Shown here piece after piece: positions 50,904 through 61,317 of a DNA stretch of 64,000 bases. Below the pieces are notes generated by a model. It was given only the letters and a program-made list of their open reading frames with translations. It was not told the origin of the DNA and ran no database searches. The first letter of the stretch is position 1. Every line of letters begins with the position of its first letter. The DNA is from Synechococcus sp. (lineage in GTDB: Bacteria > Cyanobacteriota > Cyanobacteriia > PCC-6307 > Cyanobiaceae). The stretch lies in contig JBJBEO010000001.1 in assembly GCA_047284725.1 (NCBI GenBank), forward strand, positions 672,001-736,000. Direction: 5' to 3'. The position numbers were made by a program, and so were the translations under genes.

Positions 50904-51842
50904 ATGAACGCTTCTCTCTCCCCCAAGTTCAGATTCGGCGCTGAGTCCAAAGCAGTCGATGTCAGCTTTTCTTCGCCGCAGAATCCTGTTGGGAAGAGGC
51001 AAGCTGCTTTAACGAATGCGGAGTATCTGAGGCAATCCTGCTCCCAGATGCAAATACCCGTCGGGCCTCGAGAGCATACTGAATGTCCTCATCGAGTGAC
51101 GTTTGATCGCTTTGCGCCATCCGACAGTGAAGCCCTGCGTGAGTGCATCAATGCTGCATACCGACAGGTTCTAGGCAATGCGCATGTCATGGATCATGAG
51201 CGCCTTGATTCGCTTGAGGCAGAATTGACCGATGGGCGCCTTTGTACACGTGAATTTATTCGTGGCCTTGCCAAAAGCGAATTATACAAAGCTCGTTATT
51301 TCTTCAAAGTCTCGGCGTATCGCGGTATTGAGCTGAATTTCAAGCATTTGCTAGGCCGACCGCCGCTTGATCAGCAAGAAATTGCAAGTGCGGCTTCAAT
51401 CCAATCCTCAAAGGGCTTCGACGCATTAATCGACTCAATAATCGATTCGGCAGAATACGCTGAAGTTTTTGGGGATCATGGCGTTCCATATGTCCGCTCA
51501 TTCACATCAGCCAGCGGAATGTCCATGCTCAACTTTGTTCGGATCGCGGCACTTGAGCAAAATTTTGCTAGCAGTGACCGATCGAAAGGAAACGACAGTT
51601 TGCTCCGTGCGAACCTCGCCTCCGGCGCACCCATGGCAATTGATGTGCCAACGGCATACGACTATGCCGAAATGTCTATGGCATGGGCAGGAGGCAAGCC
51701 ACCCGCAAATTACGAGAAGCTATGGCGTGGTCTTGCCCTCGTGGGTGGCGCTCACCTCGCTGGAATGTTGGTCAATGTGACGGCGCAAATGCTTGGAATC
51801 CACGGATTGGACCGCATTCCTGCCATGTTCCTGGGCCTCTGA
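50904..51842 (+). CDS. Phycobilisome rod linker, phycoerythrin (Mpe-like) type, with hydrophobic C-tail
   Basis: PBS linker domain (AAYRQVLGN, REFIRGLAKS, IELNFKHLLGRPP, DSAEYAEVFG..VPY); N-terminal extension with Cys (YLRQSC). Confidence 0.88.
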   Translation: MNASLSPKFRFGAESKAVDVSFSSPQNPVGKRQAALTNAEYLRQSCSQMQIPVGPREHTECPHRVTFDRFAPSDSEALRECINAAYRQVLGNAHVMDHERLDSLEAELTDGRLCTREFIRGLAKSELYKARYFFKVSAYRGIELNFKHLLGRPPLDQQEIASAASIQSSKGFDALIDSIIDSAEYAEVFGDHGVPYVRSFTSASGMSMLNFVRIAALEQNFASSDRSKGNDSLLRANLASGAPMAIDVPTAYDYAEMSMAWAGGKPPANYEKLWRGLALVGGAHLAGMLVNVTAQMLGIHGLDRIPAMFLGL

Positions 51843-51865
51843 CCTGGTCGATGTAGCGAATGTTC

Positions 51866-51893
51866 GGTACAAGCCATGCTGATGGCTTGTACC
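51866..51893. terminator. 12-bp perfect stem-loop 3' of the linker gene
   Basis: GGTACAAGCCAT-GCTG-ATGGCTTGTACC; no U-tract, so it may be a stabiliser rather than a terminator. Confidence 0.5.
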
Positions 51894-52087
51894 TAGGCAA
51901 ATTTAACGGCCAAGTCTATTCACTCCTTTTTGGCCACTACGGATGGATTTAAAGCGTTGAACTCCCCACCAGCTGCGGCTTTCAACGAATGCAAAGAGAC
52001 TCTCTGATGTGAATTTATTGAAGAACATCATTACTTTGAGGCGTCGTCAATCTCTCTTTTTCAAAGCATTAATTTCGACGGAGATGA

Positions 52088-52897
52088 TTAGCGCACCAGC
52101 TGATCGTTAAGTCTGAGTTGAGGGAGTCCGCTCAGTGGCCCCCGCCAGAACAATTCCGGCTGAATCGGCGTGAGCGACGGAGCATTGGTCTCGATCTGGG
52201 CCACATCGGTGGGCCAGTCCCGAGGTCCATCCCCTCCTGATTCCAAATCCACCACCGCCTCACCCGCGAGCCAGTAGTAGGTGCGGCCTCGGGGGTCCTG
52301 GCGGGGGCTGAACTGTTCGTCGTAGCGACGAACCGACAAGCGCGTCCAACGCAGCGGCCCCATGGTGTCGGGCCTGCAGGGCGGCAGGTTGAGATTGAGC
52401 AGCAGATTCTCCGGCCAACCGTCACGCAGCGCTGATTCGGCCACATCCAGGGCCAGCTCACCGGCGCCTTCGAACTGTCGCCACTGAAAACAGGCGCTAC
52501 TCACCGCCATGGCAGGGAGTCCCTCCAAGGTTCCCTCCATCGCCGCGGCCACCGTGCCCGAGCAGAACACATCCGTGCCGAGATTGGGACCGTGATTGAT
52601 GCCCGAGAGCACCAGATCAGGTGGAGTCTCCATCAGCTCGAACAGGGCCAGCTTCATGCAATCGGCTGGAGTGCCGCTGCAGGCCCAGGCCGTCACCCCC
52701 TGGCCAAACAACTGATCCGCCCGTTCAGCCCGAATCGGTTGCTGCAGGGTGAGGCCATGGCCGGTGGCGGAGCGTTCCTGATCCGGGCAGACAACGGACA
52801 CCTGATGGCCACGAGCAGCCGCTGCCAGGGCCAAAGCTTTGATGCCATCGGCAAACACGCCGTCGTCATTGCTAATCAGGATCCGCAGCGGGGCCAT
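52088..52897 (-). CDS. surE: 5'/3'-nucleotidase SurE
   Basis: [24 protein letters not shown] and [10 protein letters not shown] motifs. Confidence 0.97.
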   Translation of the reverse strand: MAPLRILISNDDGVFADGIKALALAAAARGHQVSVVCPDQERSATGHGLTLQQPIRAERADQLFGQGVTAWACSGTPADCMKLALFELMETPPDLVLSGINHGPNLGTDVFCSGTVAAAMEGTLEGLPAMAVSSACFQWRQFEGAGELALDVAESALRDGWPENLLLNLNLPPCRPDTMGPLRWTRLSVRRYDEQFSPRQDPRGRTYYWLAGEAVVDLESGGDGPRDWPTDVAQIETNAPSLTPIQPELFWRGPLSGLPQLRLNDQLVR

Positions 52898-52970
52898 GGC
52901 ATGCCGGAGGGGTCTGCAGGGAACCTAAGCGTCACGGCTGCCTACAGTCAGTCGCTGTGATCCCGAAGCC

Positions 52971-53978
52971 GTGAGCGCCACCGTGTCACTCCAGCAGCTC
53001 ACCGAGCAGTTGGAGGCCCTGGAAACAGAGGCTGCAGCTGAAATTGCCGCTGCGGCCGATGCTGAAGCCCTTGAACAACTTCGGGTCAGCCTGCTGGGCA
53101 AAAAAGGGCGTTTGTCTGCTGTGCTCGGAGCCATGGGCAAACTGCCTGGCAATGAGCGCCCGGTGGTGGGTCAACGCGCCAACGTGCTCAAAACCCAGGT
53201 GCAGGCCCTGATGAGTGAGCGCCTGCAGGCGGTGAAAGCGGCGGCTCTCGACGCCAAGATTGCTCGCGAAACCCTCGATGTGACGGCGGCGGCGTCCGGA
53301 GTGCCGGTCGGTCACCGTCATCCGTTGATCACCACCACCGAAGAAATCGTCGATCTTTTCTGCGGCCTGGGTTATCGGGTGGTGGAAGGGCCTGAGGTGG
53401 AAACCGACCACTACAACTTCACGGCACTCAACATCCCGCCCGATCACCCGGCACGGGACATGCAGGACACCTTCTACCTGAAGGACAACCTGCTGCTGCG
53501 AACCCACACCTCACCGGTGCAGATCCGACAGCTGGAGCAAAACCCTCCGCCGGTGCGCATCGTGGCCCCAGGCCGCGTCTATCGCCGTGATGCCGTTGAT
53601 GCCACCCATTCGCCTGTGTTCCATCAGGTGGAAGTGCTGGCGATCGATGAAGGGCTGGATTTCAGTCACCTGCGCGGCACGGTGATGGCCTTCCTCAAAG
53701 CCTTTTTCGGGGATCTGCCGGTGCGGTTCCGTGCCAGTTATTTCCCCTTCACCGAACCCTCCGCTGAGGTGGATGTGCAGTGGCGTGGCCGCTGGCTGGA
53801 GGTGATGGGTTGCGGCATGGTCGACCCGGCGGTGCTGGAGGGATTGGGTTTGGATCCTGAGCGTTACAGCGGTTTTGCGGCTGGCCTGGGTGTGGAGCGT
53901 TTCTGCATGGTGCGCCATGGCATCGATGACATTCGCCGGCTTTACACCAGCGATCTGCGTTTCCTGGAGCAGTTCTGA
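52971..53978 (+). CDS. pheS: Phenylalanine--tRNA ligase alpha subunit
   Basis: [28 protein letters not shown] and GLGVER motifs. Confidence 0.98.
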   Translation: MSATVSLQQLTEQLEALETEAAAEIAAAADAEALEQLRVSLLGKKGRLSAVLGAMGKLPGNERPVVGQRANVLKTQVQALMSERLQAVKAAALDAKIARETLDVTAAASGVPVGHRHPLITTTEEIVDLFCGLGYRVVEGPEVETDHYNFTALNIPPDHPARDMQDTFYLKDNLLLRTHTSPVQIRQLEQNPPPVRIVAPGRVYRRDAVDATHSPVFHQVEVLAIDEGLDFSHLRGTVMAFLKAFFGDLPVRFRASYFPFTEPSAEVDVQWRGRWLEVMGCGMVDPAVLEGLGLDPERYSGFAAGLGVERFCMVRHGIDDIRRLYTSDLRFLEQF

Positions 53979-54058
53979 TCAGCGGTGCTCCGGCGGTGTC
54001 CTGGGCCCACCAGGCGCTGCCAAACCGGGGTTGGGGCTTCTCATAAACTGAAGCAGCA

Positions 54059-54991
54059 ATGATTCGGTCGCGATCGGTGCCCAAAGTTGGACTGATCGTC
54101 AATGACGGCAAGCCGCATGCGGTTGAGACGGCTCAGTTGATTCAGGCCCGCTTGGAGCGGGCGGGCCACGACGTGGTGAGGGCCAGCAGTGCCGGCGGCA
54201 TGGTGGGCTTCGCCAACCCTGACCAGCATCTGCGCATGCTGGGCTACAACGCCTGTGTGCCTGAGGGATTTGATTCCTCGATGGCGCTTGCCATCGTGCT
54301 GGGGGGTGACGGCACGGTGCTGTCGGCAGCGCGACAAACCTCGCCGGTGGGAGTGCCGATCCTCACGATCAACACCGGCCATCTCGGTTTTCTGGCGGAG
54401 GCCTATCTCGACAATCTTGATCAGGCTCTGGAGCAGGTTCTCACTGAGCAATGGACGATCGAAGAACGTGCCAACCTGGTGGTGAGTGTGATGCGTGGCG
54501 ATCAGCGTCGCTGGGAAGCCCTCTGTCTCAATGAGATGGCGCTGCATAGAGAACCGCTCACCAGCATGTGTCATTTCGAGATCGCCATCGGGCGCCATGC
54601 GCCGGTGGACATCTCTGCGGATGGGGTGATCCTGTCGACTCCGACGGGGTCCACGGCCTATGCCCTCAGTGCCGGCGGCCCTGTGATCACCCCCGATTGC
54701 CCCGTGCTGCAGCTCACGCCGATTGCCCCCCACTCACTGGCTTCAAGGGCTCTGGTGTTCAGCGATCAGGAGCCGGTGACCGTGTTTCCAGCTACCCCCG
54801 AGCGACTGATCATGGTGGTGGATGGCAGCGCCGGTTGTTACGTGTGGCCTGAAGATCGTGTGTTGATTCGCCGCAGTGATGACCCTGTCCGGTTTGTGCG
54901 TCTGGCTGACCATGAGTTTTTTCAGGTTCTGCGCAACAAGCTGGGATGGGGCCTGCCCCACGTGGCCAAGCCGGATGCCCCGAAAATCTGA
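54059..54991 (+). CDS. nadK: NAD(+) kinase
   Basis: LGGDGT, GHLGFL, NE and [15 protein letters not shown] motifs. Confidence 0.96.
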   Translation: MIRSRSVPKVGLIVNDGKPHAVETAQLIQARLERAGHDVVRASSAGGMVGFANPDQHLRMLGYNACVPEGFDSSMALAIVLGGDGTVLSAARQTSPVGVPILTINTGHLGFLAEAYLDNLDQALEQVLTEQWTIEERANLVVSVMRGDQRRWEALCLNEMALHREPLTSMCHFEIAIGRHAPVDISADGVILSTPTGSTAYALSAGGPVITPDCPVLQLTPIAPHSLASRALVFSDQEPVTVFPATPERLIMVVDGSAGCYVWPEDRVLIRRSDDPVRFVRLADHEFFQVLRNKLGWGLPHVAKPDAPKI

Positions 54992-54997
54992 ACTGTC

Positions 54998-55681
54998 ATG
55001 TTGACGAATGCGGCGGTTTTGCTGGTGGGTGATCAGGCTGCCGCTCTGGCGCCGCGGTTGCAGTCGTCCGGTTACGCCACCCTGGATTGGAGTGCTGGTG
55101 CGGCAGCTCTTGCCCCCGATCCACAGTCACCCCCTCAGCTGGCGGTCGTGTCGACCGATCAGGCTGGATTGATTCCTCAGCTGCGCTCCCAGTTCGGGGC
55201 CATGCCGATCCTGCTGGATGTGGAGCACGACACCGTCGAAGGCCGGGAAGCCTGCCTCACTGCCGGTGCGAATGATTTCTGGTTGTCATCGCTGGGAATC
55301 AGTGACCTTCTTCAGCGCTTGCGCTTGCATCATTTGATCCATCAGAAAAGTCAGCACCGGAACCCCGAACTTCGGGTGGCGAATCTCTGTGTGGATCCCC
55401 GTTGCCGGCAGGTGCGTCGGGGCAGCCGCCCTGTGGAGCTGACGGCGCGGGAGTATGCCCTGTTGATGCTGCTGTTCAGTCGCGTCGGGCAGGTGGTGAG
55501 CCGCGAGCAGATTCTGGCGGATGTCTGGACTGGCGATCAGGCCACCTCCAGCAATGTGATTGAGGTCTACGTGCGTTACTTGCGGCAGAAGCTTGAGCAG
55601 GACGGAGAACCGCGCCTGATCCACACGATCCGCGGCCGCGGCTACAGCCTCAGCGACGGTCTTCCAGGAGGATTGCGCTGA
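54998..55681 (+). CDS. OmpR-family response regulator with atypical receiver (NblR-like)
   Basis: Winged helix LTAREYALL, SNVIEVYVRYLRQKLE, IHTIRGRGY; receiver lacks the acidic pocket and the conserved KP. Confidence 0.85.
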   Translation: MLTNAAVLLVGDQAAALAPRLQSSGYATLDWSAGAAALAPDPQSPPQLAVVSTDQAGLIPQLRSQFGAMPILLDVEHDTVEGREACLTAGANDFWLSSLGISDLLQRLRLHHLIHQKSQHRNPELRVANLCVDPRCRQVRRGSRPVELTAREYALLMLLFSRVGQVVSREQILADVWTGDQATSSNVIEVYVRYLRQKLEQDGEPRLIHTIRGRGYSLSDGLPGGLR

Positions 55682-56199
55682 TGGTGCGCTGGCGGCGCGG
55701 GGGCAGACGCCGTTCTTGGTGGGTGCTGCTTGGTGGTTTCTCGACCTTGCTGGCGTCTGGCCCCCTGGCAGCGGCTCCGAACGGAGTTCCGCCTCAGTTG
55801 TTACCGATTGAAGCCCGCTGGTGCATCCGCAAGACGGTGTGCATTGATCTGGAGGTGGCGGATGAGCCTGAGGAGCAGCGTCTCGGGCTGATGCAGCGGC
55901 CGGTTTTGCCCCCCATGCGGGGCATGTGGTTCCCCTTCGCGCGACCTCAGCCGTTGACGTTCTGGATGCATCGCTGCCTTGCCCCGCTTGACATGCTGTT
56001 TATCCGGGATCGGAAGTTGATTGCCATCCACGCGGATGTGCCGATCTGTCCGTCATTGCCATGTCCCAGTTATGGGGCCGATCCTGATGGAGACGGTCGG
56101 ATCGACCTGGCCGATGGTGTGATTGAACTCCGGGCTGGCGAGGCCATGCGCCTGGGATTGCAGGTGGGGGATGTGGTGACGATTGAGCCCACCTCTTAG
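55681..56199 (+). CDS. DUF192 family protein
   Basis: LEVAD..EQRLGLMQR, GMWF, FWM, PLDMLFI and VIELRAG motifs. Confidence 0.9.
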   Translation: MVRWRRGGRRRSWWVLLGGFSTLLASGPLAAAPNGVPPQLLPIEARWCIRKTVCIDLEVADEPEEQRLGLMQRPVLPPMRGMWFPFARPQPLTFWMHRCLAPLDMLFIRDRKLIAIHADVPICPSLPCPSYGADPDGDGRIDLADGVIELRAGEAMRLGLQVGDVVTIEPTS

Positions 56200-56202
56200 T
56201 GC

Positions 56203-58398
56203 TTAGTGCTGATCAAATTGGTACCAGGCTTCAAGCAACTGATAGGCCGCCTGAAGGTGCATCCAGACCTGTGGATCACCGCCTTGGTCAGGATGCCATC
56301 GTTTGACATTGCGTCGCCAGGTTTCTCTCACCACAGGCCAGGGGCTGCCAGGGGGAATGGCAAGGGCCTGGCAGGCCAGGTGGTATTGCTGACCCTGCTG
56401 ACGTCCTGGCTGGGTGGTCTCAGGCCACAGTGAGAGGTCAGAGCCCTGTCGCAGGGTCTTGAGGTTGGCGTTGGTCTTCTCCAGGCTGGTGCGCAGGCTG
56501 TCAATGCTGCGCTGGCACTGTCGTTGAAAGGTGTCGAGCTTGTGTTGGCTAGAGGCGAGCTGCTGGTTGATCGCCTTGGCGTTGCCCTCCAGTTTCGCCA
56601 GTGAGGCGTTGGTGCGTTGCGTCTGGGCTTGGCGTTGATCGTTGTGCTGGCTGAACTGGTCTGCCGCCTCCTTCAGCTGCCGTTGCAGGCCAGTCAAGGT
56701 CCGTTGTTGATCGTTGAGACCGGTTTTGGACTGCTGAGCCATGGTCTGAACGTCACGATCGAGCTTGTTCACTTCGGCGTTGCAGTTGGCCGTTGTCTGA
56801 TCACACAGCGCTTCCGCGCCGGTCATGACCTGCGTGAGATCCCGTTGGAACTGCTCGAGATCCAAGGCGATGACCTGAGCGGCATCTCGATCGGTGTTCG
56901 CGATCGTCACTGCTTTCGCCGAGTGCTCCGTGAAATTGGCTTGCAACTGGTTGAAGCGCAGGGTGGCACCTTCGATCTCGCTTTGGAGCCGGTCAACCTT
57001 TTGGGATAGATCGTTGGCAGTCTGCTGCCGCAGAGCATCGTGGGCTGCAATCGCTTGGGCATGGTCGCTGTTGCCTTGTTTGATGCGTTGTGCCAACACC
57101 TCGAGATGGTGTTGCTGATCGAGCTCTGCCTGTTGCAGTTGGCTCTGCAGCTCCTGGAGCCGTGCCTCGGCCCGCTCGGCGTCGATGAGGAGCTGGTGTT
57201 GCGAGGCCTGGGCCTTCTGCAGCGCATGCAGGTGGTCCTGTTGTTGTTGCTGCTGCGTGGTTTGCAGGCGTTCCAGCTCTTGGTCGAGCTGACGTTCCAG
57301 CTGCTGCAGAAGTTCTGTTTTGAGGGCGGATAACTGCTGGTGCTGATCCTTGGGCAGGGAGGCCTGCTGGCTGAGCAGGCTGTTGGTGGCGTGTTGAAGC
57401 TGTCTGGCTTGGTCTTGCAGCCGGGTGATCTCCCCATGGCTCTGCAGCATGTGGCGCTCAAGGGGCGAGGGCCTCGTCTCCCCATCGGCGTCGAGGCGAC
57501 GCTCTTCCAGCTCCTCGCGGAGAGTTGACTGGAGACTGTCGGCGGTCTGCTGCAGGGCCTCAGCAGCAGCCGGTGAACTGGCGCTGATCGCTTCGAGGGC
57601 TTGCTGCAGCTCCGCCTGCTTCTGTTGGTGTTGGTTGATGCTTTGTTTCAGCTCGCCAAGGCTCGCCTGTTGTTGTTGCGCCTGGTGCTGCCTTTGTTGC
57701 TGGGCTTGTCGCTGCTGCTCCAGCAAGACCTTGAGGTTTTTCTGGGCGGCTGCAAGCTGATCGACCTTGCTCTGCTGTTGGCGTTTCTGCTCCAGCCGGA
57801 GGTGGTTCGCCGTCTTGCGGGCATCGTCCTGCAGCGCTTGGAGTCGCTGGTGGATCTGGGCGCTGTGCTTCAGGGTCGTGGCTTCAAGCTGCTGATGGTC
57901 AGCCAATGCCTTCGCCAGGGCTTGCCTGAAATGTTCAAGCCCGTCGCCGTCGGCATTGAATGCCTCGGGTTGTTGGCTTTGTTGTTGTTGCAGGGCGTTG
58001 ATCTGCTGGATCAGCGTGTTGTTCTCGAGTTGACCACTGCTTAATTCGCTGTGGGCTCGTTCAAGAATCTCCGCTGTTTTTGCCTGCAACTGTGCGATTT
58101 TGCTCTGGCTTTGACGAACACTCTCATCGGAAGCAGTGAACGTTGCTCTCTGACTGACGACCCTGTTGTTGCGCTGCGTTTCTGGGCTTGTTTGCAGCAG
58201 CTTGGCGCCGATGCCGAAGAAGACAACAGGTGAGAGAAGGGCGAGGTAGGAGTCATTACGCAGTTGTTCATTGCCTTCGCGTTCCGCCTTATGCGCGTTG
58301 AAGACAATCACCACCAGCAGGATCAAGCCTGTGCCCAGGCTGAAAAGGGCAATTTTTCGCCTGCCATCAAGGCTGGGTTGGGGCTGCGGCGTGTCCAT
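56203..58398 (-). CDS. Membrane-anchored long coiled-coil protein with C-terminal J-domain
   Basis: Two N-terminal hydrophobic segments, long Gln/Leu-rich heptad region, C-terminal WRRNVKRWHPDQGGD..LQAAYQLL with HPD. Confidence 0.85.
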   Translation of the reverse strand: MDTPQPQPSLDGRRKIALFSLGTGLILLVVIVFNAHKAEREGNEQLRNDSYLALLSPVVFFGIGAKLLQTSPETQRNNRVVSQRATFTASDESVRQSQSKIAQLQAKTAEILERAHSELSSGQLENNTLIQQINALQQQQSQQPEAFNADGDGLEHFRQALAKALADHQQLEATTLKHSAQIHQRLQALQDDARKTANHLRLEQKRQQQSKVDQLAAAQKNLKVLLEQQRQAQQQRQHQAQQQQASLGELKQSINQHQQKQAELQQALEAISASSPAAAEALQQTADSLQSTLREELEERRLDADGETRPSPLERHMLQSHGEITRLQDQARQLQHATNSLLSQQASLPKDQHQQLSALKTELLQQLERQLDQELERLQTTQQQQQQDHLHALQKAQASQHQLLIDAERAEARLQELQSQLQQAELDQQHHLEVLAQRIKQGNSDHAQAIAAHDALRQQTANDLSQKVDRLQSEIEGATLRFNQLQANFTEHSAKAVTIANTDRDAAQVIALDLEQFQRDLTQVMTGAEALCDQTTANCNAEVNKLDRDVQTMAQQSKTGLNDQQRTLTGLQRQLKEAADQFSQHNDQRQAQTQRTNASLAKLEGNAKAINQQLASSQHKLDTFQRQCQRSIDSLRTSLEKTNANLKTLRQGSDLSLWPETTQPGRQQGQQYHLACQALAIPPGSPWPVVRETWRRNVKRWHPDQGGDPQVWMHLQAAYQLLEAWYQFDQH

Positions 58399-58513
58399 GG
58401 CCTGCAGGGGGTGGGAGTTGCCAGACCTTAGAAGTTGAGAAGCCGCTGAGTTGATATGTGTCGTTGTGCTGCGCCATCAGCGACCGAGAGGCCGCAGTTC
58501 GCTGAAGAGTCAG

Positions 58514-58639
58514 TCAGCTGAAAAATCCCTTGGATTGGAGAAACAGACCGATGGCGAGCAGGGGCCCAAAGCCTGCAATCAACAGGGTGATTTTGAGGCG
58601 CAGGGGAGACACCTGTTGTTCACTCTGTTTGAGGGGCAT
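58514..58639 (-). CDS. Small single-TM protein (41 aa), not in the ORF track
   Basis: Manual translation MPLKQSEQQVSPLRLKITLLIAGFGPLLAIGLFLQSKGFFS; starts 6 nt after the cbiET stop. Confidence 0.65.
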   Translation of the reverse strand: MPLKQSEQQVSPLRLKITLLIAGFGPLLAIGLFLQSKGFFS

Positions 58640-58645
58640 CGCGAC

Positions 58646-59980
58646 TTAAGACAAGGGTTTGTCTGAGTCTGACGGGTCGTTGTCGGATGCGGTGCCCTTC
58701 AACAGCAGCACCGGATTCATCGGTGCAAGGCGGGTGCCATCGCTGAGGGGTTGTCCTCGCCAGGCCTGGTGCTGGCTGACCTGCACCTTCAGCCCCGCCT
58801 GCTCCAGCAATGGACGAAGTTCGGACAAGGCTTCAACGGTGGCCAAGGGAATCACCACCACCCCTCCGGGGTTGAGCCGTTGCAGCACTGCATTGAGCAG
58901 GGCAGCGCGCTGTTTGCCGCCACCACCGATCAGCACCCGGTCGGCCCGCGCAAGAGCGGCTGGAAAGGAATGGTCATCCGTTGGATAGTCATCGGTTGGA
59001 TGGGCATTGGCCTCAAGCAGCCTGAGCACATCGCCCTCCAGCACGGCGGCAGGTTGCACCCCCAGGCGTTGAGCATTGGCTGCGATCAAGCGGGCACCTC
59101 CCCCCCGCTTTTCAACCGCGAGCAGTTGCAGTTCTGGTCTCAGGCGCAGGGCTTCCAGCCCAACGCTGCCGGTGCCGGCCCCCAGATCCCATAAAACGCC
59201 ACGGGCCGGCAGGTTCAGTTCGGCCAGGAGCTGGATGCGCATCTCCCGTTTGGTCATCAGGCCGGGCCGGTCGTCGTGTTGCAGAAAGAGGCCATCGTCG
59301 AGGCCAAACAGGGGCAAAGCGGCGGGTGTGGGATCAGGCGCGGGTTGCTCCAGCAGCACCACCAAATGCAGGGCGTTGAGATCGCTTGGCGTGGGGTCAG
59401 TGGGTTGCAGTTGCTGCACCCGCTCATCCGTGTGGCCGAGGGCTTCGCAAAGCCATAGGGCGTAGGCGGCTTCCAATCCGCTGGAGCGCAGGATCTGACG
59501 CACCTCATCCACCCCTCCCCGGCTGGGGTCGGTGAGCACCGCCAGCGATCGGGGGCGTTTCTGCAGGCAGCGGTGAAGGATGAGGGGGTCGCGGCCGTGC
59601 AGGCTGATCCACTCAGCGTTCTGCCAGGGCTGGCCCAGGCGTGCGAAGGCCAGCTGTAGGGAACTGGGCCCTGGATGGAAGCGCAGGTTGCTGCGACCGA
59701 CGCGTTCGATCAGGATCCTGCCGATGCCAAACCACAGCGGATCACCGCTGGCCAAGACCACTGCTGGCTGATCGGGCTCCAGTGCCAGCAGTGCCTCGCT
59801 GAGGGCAATCGGGTCGTCGCTGGCGATCAGGCGCAGATTGGCTGGGACTCCAGGCCACTGCTGCAGCGCACTGAGCATCCGTTTGGGTGCAGCCACAAGC
59901 TGGGCCTGCTGCACCAGCAGCTGACCCGATGGTGGAAGCGTGCCAGGGGCGCCAGCGTCGGTGCCGATCACGTCGATCAT
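58646..59980 (-). CDS. cbiET: Precorrin-6Y C5,15-methyltransferase (decarboxylating), CbiE/CbiT fusion
   Basis: LASGDPLWFGIG, SLHGR, MTKREMR and WDLGAGTGSVG motifs; start MIDVIG. Confidence 0.93.
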   Translation of the reverse strand: MIDVIGTDAGAPGTLPPSGQLLVQQAQLVAAPKRMLSALQQWPGVPANLRLIASDDPIALSEALLALEPDQPAVVLASGDPLWFGIGRILIERVGRSNLRFHPGPSSLQLAFARLGQPWQNAEWISLHGRDPLILHRCLQKRPRSLAVLTDPSRGGVDEVRQILRSSGLEAAYALWLCEALGHTDERVQQLQPTDPTPSDLNALHLVVLLEQPAPDPTPAALPLFGLDDGLFLQHDDRPGLMTKREMRIQLLAELNLPARGVLWDLGAGTGSVGLEALRLRPELQLLAVEKRGGGARLIAANAQRLGVQPAAVLEGDVLRLLEANAHPTDDYPTDDHSFPAALARADRVLIGGGGKQRAALLNAVLQRLNPGGVVVIPLATVEALSELRPLLEQAGLKVQVSQHQAWRGQPLSDGTRLAPMNPVLLLKGTASDNDPSDSDKPLS

Positions 59981-60106
59981 CAGGCCATTGTGCTGGCCTG
60001 GCGATCCAAGGCATTGCTGCCTTGGATGATCCCGATGGTGCGAAGTCCGGCTGAACATCGTCCTGTCGCCTGACGGCTCAGATCGTCGTGGCTAAGACCT
60101 CGATAC

Positions 60107-61234
60107 ATGCTTGTTTCGGCCATGACTGCGCCTCGTCGTTCGTTGCGTCATGTCTTTGTGCTGTTGGCGTCTGCCCTTGGAGCAGGGGGACTCTTGGCTT
60201 CCGCATCGCCCATGGCGATGGCCCAAGCCTCAGGAGCTGCATGCCCGAAGCCTGGTGTGGTGCAAACAGCAACATCGGTGACTCCGATCATCAAGGCGAA
60301 TTACGCGAGTGCTGAAACGGAAGTGATCCTTGCTGATTATGTGCGCAAGATTGCCAAGGGAACGTGCAGTGAGGGGGTCGGCGTCTTCCTGCACCAGCGC
60401 GCAGCGATGGATCCCAACGAGCGCACGATTCTGCGCCCCAATTTCGACACGCTGTACTCCTTTGCGGTTCTCGACCTCGAGAGTCCCGCCACAGTGGTTC
60501 TTCCTGAGACGGATCGCTACCAGATCCTCGAAGTGATCGATGAAGACCACTGGATTCCCTTGATCAGCGACAAACCAGGTCGTTACACCCTCACCAAGGA
60601 GTCGGTGGGCAGTCGCTACGCCTTTGCCTTTGTGCGCACCCAGGTGAATGTGCAGGATCCCGCTGACGTGAAAGCTGCAGGGGCTGTGCAGGATCAGATC
60701 CTGCTGAAGCAAGCCGAAAAGGGCAGCTTTGTGTCACCCAATCGCTATGAGATGCAGGAAATTCTCGATTTGCGTGCTGATTACAACGCGCGCCGGGAGC
60801 CTGAAGGTGTGACGTCAGAAATGGCCTTTGGCAAGAAAGGCGAACTCAGTGAGGAATTGCGCAATTTTGGCGTTGCTGTGGGCTGGGGTGGCCTGCCCAA
60901 GCAGGGAGCCGTTTATCCCTTCCCCAAGGTGGTGAACTCCACCGAGCCTCAGGTGTTGGTGCTGAAAGATGTGCCCATTGACCCTCGAGCGTTCTGGTCG
61001 GTGACGGTCTACGACAAGGAAGGGTTTGCTGTTGGTACGAGCTACAACGTCAACAGTGCTTTTGCGAAAGCGAATGATCAAGGTGAGTATGTAATTCACC
61101 TGGGTGGTGATCCAAGTCAAGACAATTACATGGATATCTACCCTGGGTGGAATGCTGCGGTGCGCATTTATTCACCGACTGAGGCCTATTTCAATGGCAG
61201 TTGGACTCCCCCTCAGTTTGAGTCTGCACAGTGA
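60107..61234 (+). CDS. Secreted DUF1254/DUF1214 protein (copy 1)
   Basis: Signal peptide; RPNFDTLYS, FWSVTVYD and GWNAAVRIYSP motifs. Confidence 0.85.
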   Translation: MLVSAMTAPRRSLRHVFVLLASALGAGGLLASASPMAMAQASGAACPKPGVVQTATSVTPIIKANYASAETEVILADYVRKIAKGTCSEGVGVFLHQRAAMDPNERTILRPNFDTLYSFAVLDLESPATVVLPETDRYQILEVIDEDHWIPLISDKPGRYTLTKESVGSRYAFAFVRTQVNVQDPADVKAAGAVQDQILLKQAEKGSFVSPNRYEMQEILDLRADYNARREPEGVTSEMAFGKKGELSEELRNFGVAVGWGGLPKQGAVYPFPKVVNSTEPQVLVLKDVPIDPRAFWSVTVYDKEGFAVGTSYNVNSAFAKANDQGEYVIHLGGDPSQDNYMDIYPGWNAAVRIYSPTEAYFNGSWTPPQFESAQ

Positions 61235-61317
61235 GCTTGGGCTGGGCCTGCGGAATGCGGGCCCTTCGCATGAATGGCCTTGATTGTTCTGTGTTGTTTG
61301 TCTGCTTAATGAGCTGA

